Positions 49,291-63,402 of a stretch of DNA of 64,000 nt are shown piece by piece. Under the pieces are notes generated by a model, which was given only the letters and a program-made list of their open reading frames with translations, did not search any database and was not told the origin of the DNA. A program made the position numbers and the translations under genes. This DNA is from Hydrolagus affinis (taxonomy: Eukaryota): positions 1 through 64,000 of the forward strand of contig JAAILG010000141.1 of NCBI GenBank assembly GCA_012026655.1, written 5' to 3'. Each line of letters opens with the position of its first letter. The stretch's first letter is position 1.

Positions 49291-51089
49291 TCTTGCTGTT
49301 ATAGACGGCAGCTTATGTAATGCAACCAGAATGGCACAAAATCTTGTTCTTCTAAAGGGTTAATGCTGCTCTACAAAATGGAGTAGAAAAACAGCAATAC
49401 AATAACTAAGTTCACCTGAGCCTCATCTTGTACTCATGCCAGATAATAATAACATTTGGAGCCACTGTGTACATAACTGATGAAACATTTTAATTTTAAA
49501 TTCAAATCGAAGTAGCAAACTGCCTCTTGTTTTCAGCTGGTATCCTCAGGATCTGGAAAGTCTAATGTTCATTATATTTGCATGAGGAGTGGGTATGGCA
49601 ATGTGGCTATTTCTCCCTTCACCACTTCCACCTCGCACCCCATCCTTTCTGAATCCATCATGAGAATTCTTCCAAAAAGGTCCCCCAAAAATAAGCTGTT
49701 CAAGATCTTTACAGAAATTATTGATCCTGTCATGCAAGGGTAATAGAAAAGATACATGAACTGGGAGAATAAGGGATTATCTGGCTCATTGTGGAAATGT
49801 GATAAAACCCAGAAACACGGTGCTATCAACAGTGGATCATGTTAACGTGGCCAATGTTGGCTTCCAAGGGATTTTATTTATATTTAATACAGTAGTTATC
49901 GTGAATGCATTTCTTGATGCTTGCAACAACTTACATCACCGAGCTAAATGACTTGGAATATTTACTGAACTTTCTTGACAAGCGTATAATTATACTACTT
50001 GAGCATGTTTACTTGAGTATTGAGTTCTGTTTGTGGCTCCAAGCCATGCATGTAGTGAAAGTTGACTTTTCATTGTGTCACTTGATGTCATGTACAGCTG
50101 GAACTCATAACTTTGAATAGTGCATCAAGCATTTTCTCACTGAAAAGAAGGTGGTTTGGTAATTTAGCATGAAGGTCTGAGATGGTTGTATAAACTATTA
50201 AACCCCTGGGCAAATGTAAAGTATTAACAACTGTGAGCTCCACTACAATACCACTATTTAATTACCAGTGAAAAGTCTGGTTTGTTGTTCATACAGCCCC
50301 AGTGCAATCTTTCAGCAATCTGCTGCTTACACCAAAACTCTTATGGAATGTCTTGATATTAAGAAAGGAGTAATTGACTTGCATTAGAATAAATTTGCTG
50401 TTATATTATTGTACAATAGGATACCTTTGAATAATAGCATTGAAGATTTTTTTGTCATAAAGAGTTAAGCTTTATCCAAATTCCATAATTAATGAATGTA
50501 CTAAAATCAACTGGATATAGCTTTCAAAAGTTATTGAAGCAGCATTTAAAGTTTTATTTGTAGAATGATTAAATTCACCAATAGCTGACAAGTTTATGAG
50601 CTAACAAATAGCTCCAAACACAGGGCAAATTATGAATTCATAGATTGAGACATTTTTGAAGGTGTAGGAGATATCTTTGCCGCATAACTTTGGCAGCTTC
50701 AACTTTGTGAGGATTGTGTACATCAAAAATGAATTACAGAATAGTCTAATTGATGGATACTAATGATGCCATCAACGTGGGTTAAGCCTTGAGACCTAAC
50801 TGTTGCTTTGAGGTAGTAATTTTTTGTGTTGATTTTTATTAAATCTTTTCACAAGCATTAGAAATAAACAGCAATAATACATACTTTGACATATCTAAAC
50901 CAAATTCACCTGAGAACACTTATGTTCTCAGTATTACCTTGCTTCAAACCTTCCATTTTATGGGTACTGATGGAATTTTTATTTCAAGCTATGACCTTGG
51001 TTTCCAGAGCTCCTGTTCTGCCTCATCCTGTTCTGTATGCTGTGAATAACTTTTATTCAGTTAATTATCTTTCCTTTTTCCCCCACCTC

Positions 51090-51197
51090 CTGTATGGGAT
51101 CTTTAACATCGAACTGAACAGGCAGACAGTTTCTCCAGTTTAACATCTCAATCGAAGAACAACATCTCCAACAATATCTCACGTACTGCATTGGAAT
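51090..51197 (-). mobile_element. Deu-domain fragment
   Basis: atgggatctttaacatcgaactgaacaggcagac...gtttaacatctcaatcgaagaac...gtactgcattgga. Confidence 0.7.
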
Positions 51198-51587
51198 ATA
51201 GTGGAGTAGAAGAAAACGTTTCTATGAGATTTTAAAATCAAAATTATGGTTGATTCTGTTAAAATGCATGCTGTTTCTTTAAAGCCTGTTTTCTTTTCCT
51301 TTGTGAATTTATCAGTTTGAAACTGCAACCTTGGTATTCTGTCATGATCCAACAAAATCTCCGATAGCAAGATTATCTTCAGCAAGATGCAGCTGCCAGG
51401 GATGAAAAATAGACAAATTAGTAAGAATGGAGCTCAGAGTTCAAGTATCTCATTGTTGCATGAGCTTCTTGATCTAAGGGAGGAGCATGAAGGATCAGCA
51501 GAAACTCAGTCATATATCCAACAAACGCCTCGACCCTGGTAGAATATTTCTATAATGCTGAGCTACTGTTGAAAATGAGCTTGAGTG

Positions 51588-52028
51588 TAATCCTTGTATT
51601 TGATGTAGCAGCTCATCGTGTTACTGTCTCAAAGCACTTTGCAGGATTTTACTCTAAATTGCGCTAACTGTATTTGGAGGCAAATGTCGCAGCCAAATGT
51701 GGCAGCCAATTTGAACAACCAATATCCCTACAAACAGACATAAACAGTCAACCACCAATTTTACCCTTATGATTGTTGGGTCGTATTCCAGGAGAAACTC
51801 CCTTTTCCTTATGAAGAGTGATGTGAAATCCTGAACAGCCACGCAAGGACTCAGTTTAACATTTCATCCCAAGGACAGCATTTCTGACAGCGTAGCATTC
51901 TCCCAAGCACTGCATTGGAGCATCAGCCAACACTGAGTGCAGAGTCCTGATATGTGGCTTGAAATCTTATGTCCAACAAAGCACTCATTGCACGCAAAGA
52001 CAAGAGAGCTACCAATTCAGCCAAGCTA
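51588..52028 (-). mobile_element. Deu-domain SINE, near full length
   Basis: Reverse tail taatccttgtatttgat, Deu core (ggcagccaattt...ggagaaactccc...gtttaacatttcatcc...gcactgcattggag) and head (gagagctaccaattcagccaagct). Confidence 0.75.
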
Positions 52029-52614
52029 ATACCTAGTTTTGCATTGTGTACATACAGAAGATCTATTTCACCTTTCTGCTGGCAGCTGATTTTGGGAGGT
52101 CCAAAGAGTATAATAATGTGTCTGTATTAACATAACCTATGTATTTGGAAAAGGCAAAAGCTGATCTTACATTGGTGAATCAACGTCAATCACTTTAATG
52201 GAAATGTGCAGTGGATTAACTGGAGGCCACATACCAAGAATAATTAGCAACACATTATTTGACAGAATATTTGAGCTATATTTTCTGCAGTTACATAGGA
52301 GCCCACTTAATTACTCCCAGAGACAGTGTATTTGTGACCGGAGGAGCATACCCTGCAAAGGAGAAGTATTATAAATCCTGTGGAATCAGCCTAGAAACAT
52401 CTGAAGTCATCCACCTGAACAGAAAAGGCATTGTTGCTGGTCCATTAGGCCTCTCACTGAGTACATATCAACTGGCCCTTGTGATGCCAGAGGAGTGTTT
52501 TATTGGACATATGCCAGTGCTCACAGGCAGAAATGGCACCATTCAGGAAGGAAGATAACTCTACAGGTAGCAAATCTTCAGATGCTTAGCAGAGGCCAAA
52601 CATTTGAACAGCCC

Positions 52615-52775
52615 CAATGGGTGTAGTTTACGGAGTGAAAGCTCACTGGTTTGAATCCCAGTTTGTGCTGATCGCAACTGGGGCTTTAGAGGACGGCTAA
52701 ATTGGCAGTTGCCTTCCCAGGATTAGGGAGGGAAACCCAGCCAGGGTTCCTGCTTGTGGTCCCTCTCCTGGGTGT
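52615..52775 (+). mobile_element. LF-SINE-like relic (5' part)
   Basis: ggtttgaatcccagtttgtgctgatcgcaactgggg...aattggc...tagggagggaaacccagccagggttcctgct. Confidence 0.65.
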
Positions 52776-53224
52776 AGCGAAATGCTTCCCTACTTTAGAT
52801 GTAAAACTCAAATGTCGGGAGCAATCAATGCCTCATGTATACCTGTATGAAATCACTATGCTGTGTATATAATTTAGAACTAGTGGATAGATCAAGATCT
52901 TATTTAGAACACTGTGGAAACATTATTTTTGCCCACCACACATGAGCAGGAGCAACTGACTTCCAATTTGCGTCCCTTAATTTTCGTGCAACCTGTGTAA
53001 TCACCCTTCTCCTGCACTTCAGTGAAGATAAGTTGAAGTTAAAATGTTTAAAGCGTTGGAAAATAGCATGAAAGTATCAAACTTAACTGGGCCATGGAAC
53101 ATAGTGGTTAAGCAAAAGGAGAAAATGAATTTTAACAGGCTTTGTACAACATTTGAACTTTTTTGTTGGCCAGTGGACCTTTGCAATGTATTGTCAGTAT
53201 CCCAAACAAAACACTGCTACTTTT

Positions 53225-53790
53225 TACCGTGACCTGCTCCTGATTTTTGTTCTTGTGCCAGTCCACCCCACTTACAGCTTGTATCAGAGTCACCCCCTCT
53301 TCTGGCCTTTAGCTCAGCAGCTTGCTTACCATTGGCTGTATTTGCATTGCAGCTACGTGCATTGCCTATGTTTTGCCTCTGTTCTCCACATCGTAGTTGA
53401 CAGCGGCATTCCATTTGTCAGCTCATGTACTGTCTTTTTAATGATAAGGTCCTGCCATTTGATGCCGAAGGTCTTTCCCAAGTACTTAGTATCAAAACTG
53501 TCAATGGGCTTTAATATTTTATCTTTTCCCATTCTGGCTACATGGCCGGCCCATTTATGTGTCTGTGCCACACTACAGTTGAAAGTGTGATTCTTTCGTC
53601 CAACTCCTGCACCATCTCATTAGGATGAGGTCCTGCCACTTGGTGCTGAAGATGCTTCTCAAGCACTTAATATCAAAACTGTCTATCTTCTTTAATATTT
53701 CAGTCATGGTCCAGCTTTCTGCTCCATGCATTGCTGCAAACTGAACTGTAGTCATGTAAAATGATGACTTGTTGCATTCCACAATGAGAA
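53225..53790 (-). mobile_element. RTE-clade LINE C-terminal fragment with internal duplication
   Basis: HGAESWTMT..KKIDSFDIKCLRSIFSTKWQDLI and KWAGHVARM are RTE ORF motifs (YGxESWT...CLRxIxxIxWxD...RWAGHVxRM). Confidence 0.8.
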
Positions 53791-53807
53791 TTAACGAGAA
53801 TATTCAT

Positions 53808-54110
53808 ATAATAATAATCCTTGCATTTCATATAGCACTTTTCATGTCTTCTAGACATCTCAAACCGCTTCACAGAATATACTGTAAAGTCAATTGACTG
53901 TATATTTGTGGGTGAAATGTAGCAGCCAATTGCGCACAGCAGTGCCCCACTAAGTTGTGGATTGAAATGACCAATACATTATTTGTTTTGAAGTATTATT
54001 ATCAGGCGTGTGGAGTAAGGAAACTTGCCCACGGTTTTGCCCTATCTGGAATCAAACGCGGGTCTCTCGATTGTCAGGCAAGTGCTCTAACCACTGAGCT
54101 ACAGGATTCC
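53808..54110 (-). mobile_element. tRNA-derived SINE family A, full length
   Basis: Reverse complement of the 47608 copy, from (ATT)n tail to the ggaatcctgtagctcagtggttagagc head. Confidence 0.9.
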
Positions 54111-54112
54111 CC

Positions 54113-54445
54113 ATTAGGCTGACGGGCCTGTAGTTCCCGGTTTTATGCTTCTGCCCCTTTTTCTACAGGGAAGTAACATTTGCAACCTTCTAGCCCTATG
54201 GCACTACACAGGTGTCCAAGGAGGATTGAAAGATTGTGGCCAGAGCCTCTGTTGTTCCACCCTTACTTCTCTCAGTAACCTAGGATGCATCCCGTCCGGA
54301 CCAGGTGACTTATCTACCTTGAACATCATCAACCTTTTAATGAACTGCTCTCAGTTTATTCTTATCTTACTCAATATTTCTACCCTCTCCTCCGATACTG
54401 TGGCATTGGCTGCATCCTCTTCTTTTGAGAAAATAGATAAATATC
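54113..54445 (-). mobile_element. CR1 ORF2 internal fragment (RT N-terminal region)
   Basis: Minus strand encodes KVDKSPGPDGMHPRLLREV and, after frameshifts, ALATIFQSSLDT...KVANVT...GNYRPVSL. Confidence 0.85.
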
Positions 54446-55105
54446 TCAACCACTTGTGCACTGAGTGATTTTGAAGAACATCAACTCTTCAATCCATGTC
54501 TCACAAAGAGACTGTTGAAAACTCAAAGCTGGGAAAGTAATAAATACTCTGTCCATATCTTGACTTTTAAATGTAATAAAATAGTTCAGTTTCTTTGTAG
54601 TTAATAGTGGAATTCATTTCAAAATCTTCATTCCATTTGAGCAGATACATTTTCATTTGAATAACTGAAGAAATGTTTTGTTCCATGCTTCTTTTAATAA
54701 ACATTATATTTATGCCAAACCTATGCCAACATTTACATTTGTGGACCGGGTGCTCAATTGACATTTGGAGGGGTAAAACCTATACAGAGGCCAGTTTTGT
54801 TACTCATTTGGCTCTTAAAATAAAGTATGTTTATGTAGATGGAAGTAATTGGGGCAACAAGGAAACTAAAGTTATTTCTGTTTCTTGTTTAGTCATCCAA
54901 TAGTGGATACTTTCTTCCTTGACCTCTCTGAGATTTGGAACAACAACAATTTACATGTGAGGAAAACACTTCAGAGCATTTCACACAACTGACTGGGAGC
55001 CTGAATGGGCGTTGTGTGGAAGGGTGGGACAGTACCATGAATAAACCCACACCCATCCATTAAATGGCACAACATTCTGGCAAACAGCCAGCTGTATTAT
55101 GAGTG

Positions 55106-55167
55106 ACAACAACAACTTGCATTTATATACAGTGGTGCCCTCCACGCAGGGGTGTCTCCGAGCACTT
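55106..55167 (-). mobile_element. L2 3' terminus
   Basis: acaacaacaacttgcatttatata...gccctccacgc...gtgtctccgagcactt. Confidence 0.6.
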
Positions 55168-58100
55168 AATAGCAGAAGTTTACACTGATATTGAACCAGG
55201 CATCTATTTAACACTGAGCAGAGCCACTGAGGGAGGTGCAGAAGTGCAACAATATGTACCCCATTCAGCTATAACTTGAAGAAAGAATAAGGAGAAATGT
55301 ATTATACGGTACACACAAGGACAGGAGACGGGTGATGTACAACCATTCAGTACAGGTGGGCTTCAGCAATTAGACAAGTTGCATTTGTTACCCACTCACT
55401 GTACAATGAGCAACTTGTTCTTTATTTCTGTTAGATTCTGATGCAGAATTCAAGAAAATAGACAAAGCCATGGTATTTCTTATCAGCACTCTTTGAATTA
55501 CAAACTATAGCCTTGCTAAAGTCGCTTTATTTTTTTTAAAAAAGCCACCGTAATCCTTAAAGGGTTAGCAGGACCACTCTATGGATGCAGCTGCCTTTTA
55601 AGATGCATAAGGAAAGGATTCATATCCTGCAAAGGTGGGGAGACACACACACATGAAAACCTAAAATTAATTTAGATAAAACCAATTTAAAATGCATAAG
55701 CCTCGACTTTCCATTGTTTGTAACAGCATTTTGGCCTGCAGTGACCAAGATTTGCACCTTTATCATGTGAGTAGGGTAAAATAATTTGTATTTTTTATAA
55801 CTGGATATCCTCAATACCATACAGTTCAGGCCATGCCTTTTGAGAGGACAACCCCAGCAGCATTCCAGGGTTTTGCTATTCCCATTTGCTATCTTTTCCT
55901 AATTACTTACTGTACCATTTTTAAAATGTATGTGATGAGGTATAATAATACAAGCAAGATCTTTGTTGGTTTAATTTTTTTCCTGGGATATAGAGGGTGT
56001 GATAGGAAGCAGGGGAATCAAGATCGGAATCAAACTTGACTCTTAACACAAAATATATTAACACAAGTGAGAAATTCTGACTTAACATTCACAAGCTCCC
56101 TACAGCGATTTCTCTCTTCATACTTGAAAAGGGCTGGTTTCTTTGTGGATCTGTGCTGCCTGTTCATTACAATATAATTTAAACACTAATCTCTTTTTTT
56201 CCAGGGTGTGTTGCAGGACTGTATGCAAATTTCCCTTGGTTGTAAATTGAGCTTAATTGCAGCTGACTTAGCACCCATTAAAACACCTACTGTCACCAAG
56301 GCTAAAATTGGGCCAGTGGTGTAAAATAGAATATGCAGTATAATAGATATGTTCAAATGTAACTTATTGAAAGCTTTACTTTTTGAATGGCTTAATAATG
56401 CTGGGAATTCATCTCGAGTTCATAAGCTCATATAAGTCCATTAAAGGCTTCCAATATAGAATTATTTAGTGTGCATAAATTGTCTGCAATCATTGTTATT
56501 CAAAGTCACAACCGCCCTAACCATTTATTCAGAAATATCTTTCTTTGAATAAAGGCAAGCATGAGATCACCAAAAAATTCTATCTTTATCAGCCATATTT
56601 AATCTATTTATTCTGCAAAGCAATTATTTCATCCGATTGGATTAGTTTTTTTTTGCTTGGATGCTTTTAAACTCACCTGCCTTTGCTTAGGTAGCTGCTG
56701 AAAAGGGTTAATGCTCCAGGGATTCTTGTGTGCATAATAGCATCTGTATTTTGCCTTTCTCTGAAGGGTAGCATGCTGCAGTGAAAGCCAACATGTGACT
56801 CTGTAAATGGGTTGCAAATGAAACCCAAATTAACTTCATCACCTTGGGGAGATATCAGAGGGTCTTCAGCGTTACATGCTGTACTGACAAGCACCACTTA
56901 AGCCAGCCTTTGCTTCCCAAACAAGTATTTAATCTCCTCATTAAAGATATATGAAACTAGAAATCGATGTGCACATCAACCATTGCATTGCTGGTTAGAA
57001 CCTCTTTGCCGGTCTGGCTATTACACATTGTCTAACATTAGAGACTTCATTCAGATGTAGATCTGTTACGTATATCAAAATGCAATCGAAAGGCACAATA
57101 AATATTCAGAAGGTGTGCTCAATGGTGTTGTGGCTTCCCAAGACTATATAATACATTTTCCTGATTCTAAAGTGGTCATATGGACAAAAAATCAAAAGTT
57201 CACAATATGTTTTTACACACACAATTAATATTTATGTTAACACAGAATAGCTTACCATAATATAGAAACATTACATTTACTGATAAACTGCACTTCTCCA
57301 TCACTTGTAGTTCCTACAACTGAGATGTTAAATGAAATGGGTACTCTGTGTGAAGCCTCAAATGAACAGTTGCGGACTAACTTTCTGCTGTTCAGCTTTT
57401 GTTGTGTTTTTAATTCCTGTGGTTTTTACTTGCATTCTGCTTTGAATTAAGTCAATCTTGAGAGTTAACTGGCATTTTTTTCACCAGCTTTCCTCCTCTG
57501 ATTAATTCTGTCTAACATGAACACTACAGACACACTGGATTCCAAGAATACAATGATATGCTATCCTAGGTCCCTGCACTGTCTTGATGCATGATCGTGG
57601 TGAGTTATTGCCCCAGGCTTCCAGCAACTTCTGAAATAGAGCACAAGCATGTTTACCTTATAGATAGCCTGTAGATTGAAGAAAAGCTGAAAATTCTATG
57701 TCTCTGACTTTAATCGATTCTCTCCAGAAGTGGCTTGTCAGGATTTATAAAGAAAGGCAGTTTTCTGAGTTGCCAAACTCTTTTTCATGGACTGTTATGG
57801 GTGGAGGTGGGGGGAGAGAATCAAGATGCAGCTGTGAGCACTGTGAAAGCAAGCTTTTCAGTGGTGCTATGCATCGCACAGTTGCAAGTTATTAGGCAAG
57901 GTGTAGCTGTTTCTTCAAGGAGCAGATATAAAGATATAAATATTTTCAGATATAAATTGCTCTCCACACCCAAATCAAAATCTCTGCATTCTGGAAGTCC
58001 AGGGTATCACACTTTCTAAAGACAGTCAGGCAAAATCCCGAGCTACCAGCTGATATGTACTGTATTTCACAAATGAGATGCTGACTCCCCATGCTTTAGA

Positions 58101-59090
58101 TCCTGGAGATACTGTGTTGAAAATGTGGGGAAGTGGTGGAACTCAGCTTCTATAACTGAGTAATGAATTGGTGAAGCAGAGAGCGGTGTGATATACATTC
58201 ATGCACACAGTGTGTACACAGTGTGCTCAGTCTTTCCTTCATTATAGATGCGGGAGCAATTCAGGTGCACTTAACCCTTGCTGGTTTTTCACACCTCCTA
58301 GGTGATACTTGCTGAAAATTATTATTTTGATCTGTGAACAAGCAAGCCTTCACTATCTTGTGGAGGGCAAGAGAAAGCTTAAATTGTGAGAGCAGATTTA
58401 TTATGATTAAACTTTGATATACTCTAGTTTTATTCCACACACAGATGTTAAGACCGACATCTTAATACATGATAAACACTTTCTTTTACAACGGTGGTAA
58501 TTCAATACCTTGTTTAATCGGCCCTTGGCTCATGCAAGCTCTGAAAGTGGATATGATTACCTTTAAGTAGGATCAATATTACATTTATTGGGGGCTTCGT
58601 CACACAGCCAGTAGAGACTAATATTACTGCTATTTGAGGAGAATGAGTTCTGGTTTAAGATAAAGCAAATGGTCTTATTTCCAGCAAGAAAGAAAAGCTT
58701 TCAAATCTGTCAAAGTCTGTCCATCATATTGTGTATCCTATCCAAGGAGGTACACATCGTCATCAGGAAGTCACACATGGGAGTCTCAGATCCATTCTAT
58801 TGGACATCTTTTCAATGATTAAACATGAGAATTTTTCTCTGGAGGTCAAAATGTAAAAGAGAAAAAGAACTGCTAGGAGCAAGTCTGCCAGTTGGCTCGG
58901 CACAAGGACAACGAACAAACATGTCCAGTCACTGGAGAAAACATGTATTTGATTCCCAGATGGAAAAGCATTATATTAGCTAACTATGTAACATCCATAT
59001 TTATGAACTGTCTGCAACTCCATTGACAGAAATGATCAGATCATAGCATATGATGGTTTCTTCTTATGGTGGATTTATAATAATACTACT

Positions 59091-59185
59091 CATAATAATA
59101 AATCCTAGCATTTCATATGTCCCATTGTTGTGATGCCTCGAGAAGCTTCACAGGATACACTTAAAACGGATTGACCGTGTATTTT
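59091..59185 (-). mobile_element. SINE 3' tail fragment
   Basis: ataataataaatcctagcatttcatat...gcttcacaggatac...gattgaccgtgtatttt. Confidence 0.6.
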
Positions 59186-59829
59186 ATATATTGTATATGA
59201 TGTTAAAACCAATTCTAAATGTAGCCTATTTTAACTTTGTATTTCAAGTACACTGGTTCCTCCCCACCAAAACTGGCTTTAATGCAGTTTCTGCGTATGT
59301 TGCACAAGAACTAGTTTTTACAGAGTATAATTTGAATCTTAAACTGTTCTTGTCATTTGACTTTATTTAGTTGCACTCTGCTAATGGGATGGTCAGTATT
59401 ATATAACTTAAACTTGTTGTTTTAAGAACAAGATGATGTATTTTGCAAACCACTCAGAACTCAGTTAGATAAGGTCAAATCATCACTAAGTATCTATGGA
59501 TTGAGGTAAACCTAGACCTAACTGAGTTCAAGTATTAGAGGGAAAATATGCATACACAGTTAATGGCCTCTTGAACCAAGATTTGAAATATTGACCATTC
59601 ACTGAAAGTATCTAGTCGATTTGAAGCTCCTTCAGCATAAACAAGCGTATTCAGTTACTTGGATCTATCATATTTGATTTTTAATTCAAAAATATTTATT
59701 TAAGCCTGAAGGTCAAACTAACATAGTATTTGCAGTTTGATACAATATTGTCTTTTAAAAATATATCGGTGTGTTCTAAAGGATTAAAAATATCTGAATT
59801 GATGTTTCTGGAATTAAAGTCCAACTTGT

Positions 59830-60115
59830 GGAGTCCTGTAGCTCAGTGGTTAGAGCATTCGCCTTACAAGGGTGAGACCTGTGTTCGAATCCAGGTAGGT
59901 CAGGACGAAACCTTTGGCAAGTTTCCTTACTCCACACGCCTAATAATAATCCCTCAAAAAAACACAATAATAAAACATCGGTCATTTCAATCCATTACTA
60001 TTTTTGGGACACTGCTGTACGCAATTGGCTGCCGCATTTTGCCCACAAATGTACTGTCAATTCACTTTACAGTATATTCTGTAAAGCGCTTTGAGTTGTC
60101 TAGAAGACGTGAAAG
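59830..60115 (+). mobile_element. tRNA-derived SINE family A (terminal ~25 nt missing)
   Basis: Intact A-box TAGCTCAGTGG and B-box GTTCGAATC. Body as in the other copies; stops at tagaagacgtgaaag. Confidence 0.9.
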
Positions 60116-60294
60116 AAAAGAGAAATGATTTGAAGGGTCGCAAATTCATGTGTCAAAGAAACTAATTATGGAAGATGATTTGTTACTGTATCAGTCTGTT
60201 GTAATTCTGTATAATTAGGGAAAATGTTGATTGAGAAAGCTTGTCACTGGTTTTCAAAATGTACAACTAAAAAATGTAAATGTCACAAAACATA

Positions 60295-60500
60295 AATTGT
60301 ACAACTAGTGGACACTCATACAGCAATAGGAAACCTGAAGTAAGACCAGAGACTGTAAGATTTCCCCATAGAATAGGAAGTATGAAAAATAGGCTGACTG
60401 CTAAAATAGTTAATATTTCATTGATTAAATCTTTTAAGAAGCTAGATCAGTACCTGGTTAGGAATGAGATTGAAGGTTATATGGATAAATATAGACATTG
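60295..60500 (+). mobile_element. CR1 ORF2 C-terminal fragment
   Basis: ORF track TTSGHSY...RFPHRIGSMKNRLTAKIV...SFKKLDQYL..NEIEGY matches the CR1 end motif. Confidence 0.65.
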
Positions 60501-61519
60501 ATATTAAACACTTTTGTTCCTCAGCTTCTGAAGCTATGGGAATGTAAATGAGGTGAGGGTTGAATTATGCTGGACTAATATCTTGGGGTTTTCATTAGTT
60601 TGGAATGAGACTGAGTGCTTTGCCTTCATGGTTATCTTTGGTTGGTCACCTCCTTCAGATTAAATATTTAAGGTAGAATCCACGATAGAGAAAATGTAGT
60701 ATGGTCTGTAAGCGTCCACAATACTTTAGAACCAGATCTTATTGAGCACATACAGGATATTAAAACTGATGTTTATATTCAATTACATTAAGGATCAGAC
60801 ATCCTCCCAACATGAAAGGCCCTATGTGAATGTTAGCTGTGTTGTGCATTGTATTGTATCAATTCCAATGCTTGTCTGTTCGGAACTCCAATGCCTTATT
60901 TTGGGAGCCTGACTTTAGCGGAGGAGTTTGAATACCTTTAGTGCTAGATTTATGTAACCTATTTAAATAGAACTGCGATAATGCTATCCTGTTGGCTTTG
61001 TTGAGAGAAAAAGAATGAGTTGTTTTGCCTGTTTATGTAATGTAATGTGTCTGAAACAACCATACATATGCAATTTCCGATGTACAAGCAATGGCATTCT
61101 TTCTTGTACTACATTTATTCCAAGAGTAGGTCATTTCTTATATTTAGTAAAGTGATTCTGTTTGAATCACAACATTGTTTGGTACTTCCTTTGTGGAATC
61201 ATGCTGGTCCAGAGCTAGGTATCTCCAGCACATACAGCATAACATCATGAAATTGAGCCATATATATTGTATCTATTTTTAAGCACTGAGTAATGTGCAT
61301 GAAATTCTATGTGATACTTGACTATGAGAGGAGACAAACAATGGTAGAAATTTTCTAAAATTGCTACTCTGAACCAGAAATTGTACAGCTAACTTATTTG
61401 ATTGTGTGCAATGGATATAGATGTCTATTCCACATTTAGCATTACGGTAATTCCTGCAAACCTATTATTGGCCTTCACGTGTTGATTTACAAGAATGACT
61501 CACCCAAGATTTTTCTTCT

Positions 61520-61835
61520 ACAAATACTGAGAATGCTACAGAATAGTTACTGTTAAGTGCACTGATCATGGTTTTGGTGGCAAATAAATCAACCGTGTCC
61601 CACAAAGAGCTAGGAGGTGAATGACCAATTTAATTAGAAGAGTTAAGACATGGGGAGAAACACCCTTCTCCTTTCAATCCTTGTCATGAGATCTTTAATA
61701 TCAACTGAAGAGATAAACAAGATCTTGGTTTAACATTTCATCTGAAGGAACTTCCAAGCTCAATGCTTCTGAAATGAGACTTGAACCACAACTTTCTGAT
61801 TACATATGTGCAACCAACTGAGCCAAGCTGACACT
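61520..61835 (-). mobile_element. Deu-domain SINE, decayed
   Basis: tcccacaaa...ggagaaacacccttctc...catgagatctttaatatcaactga...ggtttaacatttcatctgaag...gacttgaaccacaactttctga...ccaactgagccaagctgacac. Confidence 0.7.
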
Positions 61836-63402
61836 TGTGCATCCATTTAAAACTGACACTTCATTTTGTTTTACAAATCCACACACACAAAAAGTAATTG
61901 CACGCATTATGGGCTTCTGTTTATGAGTTTGTTGTGTCTCTACTGCATTCTCCTCTGCACTCATACAGCTTTACATCCTATACTCTGAAGAATCTCTTTA
62001 TACTCTCAGCAAATGTAGTGAATTTAATGTCATGGGGGAATTCTAAAGCTTCTATTACACGGATCAACTGAAAATAAATGCACTAGTGAGACCTGATCAG
62101 CACGTTTCAAAATTTATATTAGAAAAATATAGATGTCAAAATGCAATTTATGTAACATGATCATTTAATTCAATCCTGAATCCAGAAGCAGTTCTGCAAT
62201 AGGTAAATTATAAATTGTTTAATAATTGGCACTTATATACTAAACTAGGTGTTTATATTTTAATATATTTTATTGAAAAATGGGAAATGCAAGGCTACTG
62301 TATATAAAACTGACAGGAATTTGATGGATTACTTTGACACAGCATAAAATTAAAAACTGGATTTAACAATCACTGAAATTTGATCTTTTGAAATGAATAA
62401 AGTTGCTGTTAGGCTAATTTGACCCTGTCTGTTATGTAATACAGTTTCTTGAGGATTCAACAAGGTTTCAAGATCATGAAACCACAATGATTGTTGGACT
62501 ATTGAATATGTGGCACTTATTTTTCTAAAATAAACAATTTGCACTGAAATGCTGATGAAGAACGAAGAGATGAGGGTTAAATGTAAAATAATAAAAATTA
62601 TAGTACTGATTGAGAATTAAAAGAAGGGTGGGCTGGAACCAATGTTGGTGAGTTTGTTGCTGTCAAAATATTTTGTAATTGAGAGATGATGGCAAAAGTA
62701 TCAGACTGGTGATAGTTAAATAGTTTTCAAATGACATGCAGCTCGTGTTACATTTGTATGCTCCAGGTCACTCCTAAGAGTGCAAGACACTGGGTTTTAT
62801 CCAAGAAACTATCACAAGAGAACCTTTCCCAGCCTGTAAAGTGCACCTTTTTGTCAGTGTGTATTCAAGGCAATTCGCATTTGTGAGGCCAACAGAAAAT
62901 TGTGAAAATAGATAAAACAAAATCTAAACAGAATGTGGCTGGTAACAACTGATCTCATGCCTACAACAAAACCTTTGCTTTCTTCAGTAGTGCGACAATG
63001 TCTGTCCAGTATTGTGCCATGCAACATCTGTAAATAACCGTTCAGTTCTGCCAACTCCTGGCATCCAGAAGCAACATCAAAAGCAAGTACAAAGTATGAT
63101 CATGCCATGCTTTGGGTTTCGATTCTTGAAGATTCATGGGCTGTGCTTTCATATCTGTACATTTCTGGGTAAGTATGGATACCAACCCAGCGTGACAGAA
63201 CACGATGAAGCAGTGCAAATAAATTGCTTCAAGTTCTGTACTACAAAACAAAAAATTATTATAAAGTGCATAATATTCTGGTTGATTTTTTAATGTAATT
63301 TGGTTATTTCAATGATTCCTTCCATTTCAATGTCATTATAACAGTCAATGCATTATCCAATTTTTGTAAAAACGCCATTATTTCCAACAAATATACACAT
63401 GT

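Noticed and set aside
50809-50831. let-7/miR-98-like TGAGGTAGTA
   Set aside because: Only the first 10-11 nt match, and there is no complementary 3' arm to form a precursor hairpin.
13790-51710. Scattered 9-15 bp tandem duplications (13790, 26359, 29620, 36113, 51681)
   Set aside because: Ordinary slippage duplications with no shared sequence or periodicity.
56185-56226. 16-nt microexon after a strong acceptor (ctaatctctttttttccag)
   Set aside because: Weak donor context, not frame-preserving and no supporting evidence.
59830-59902. tRNA gene (Val-TAC-like) at SINE heads 59830, 47608, 54110, 30612
   Set aside because: The anticodon position varies among copies (TAC, TAC, GAC, CGC), the acceptor stem does not close, and each runs into a SINE body and L2 tail.
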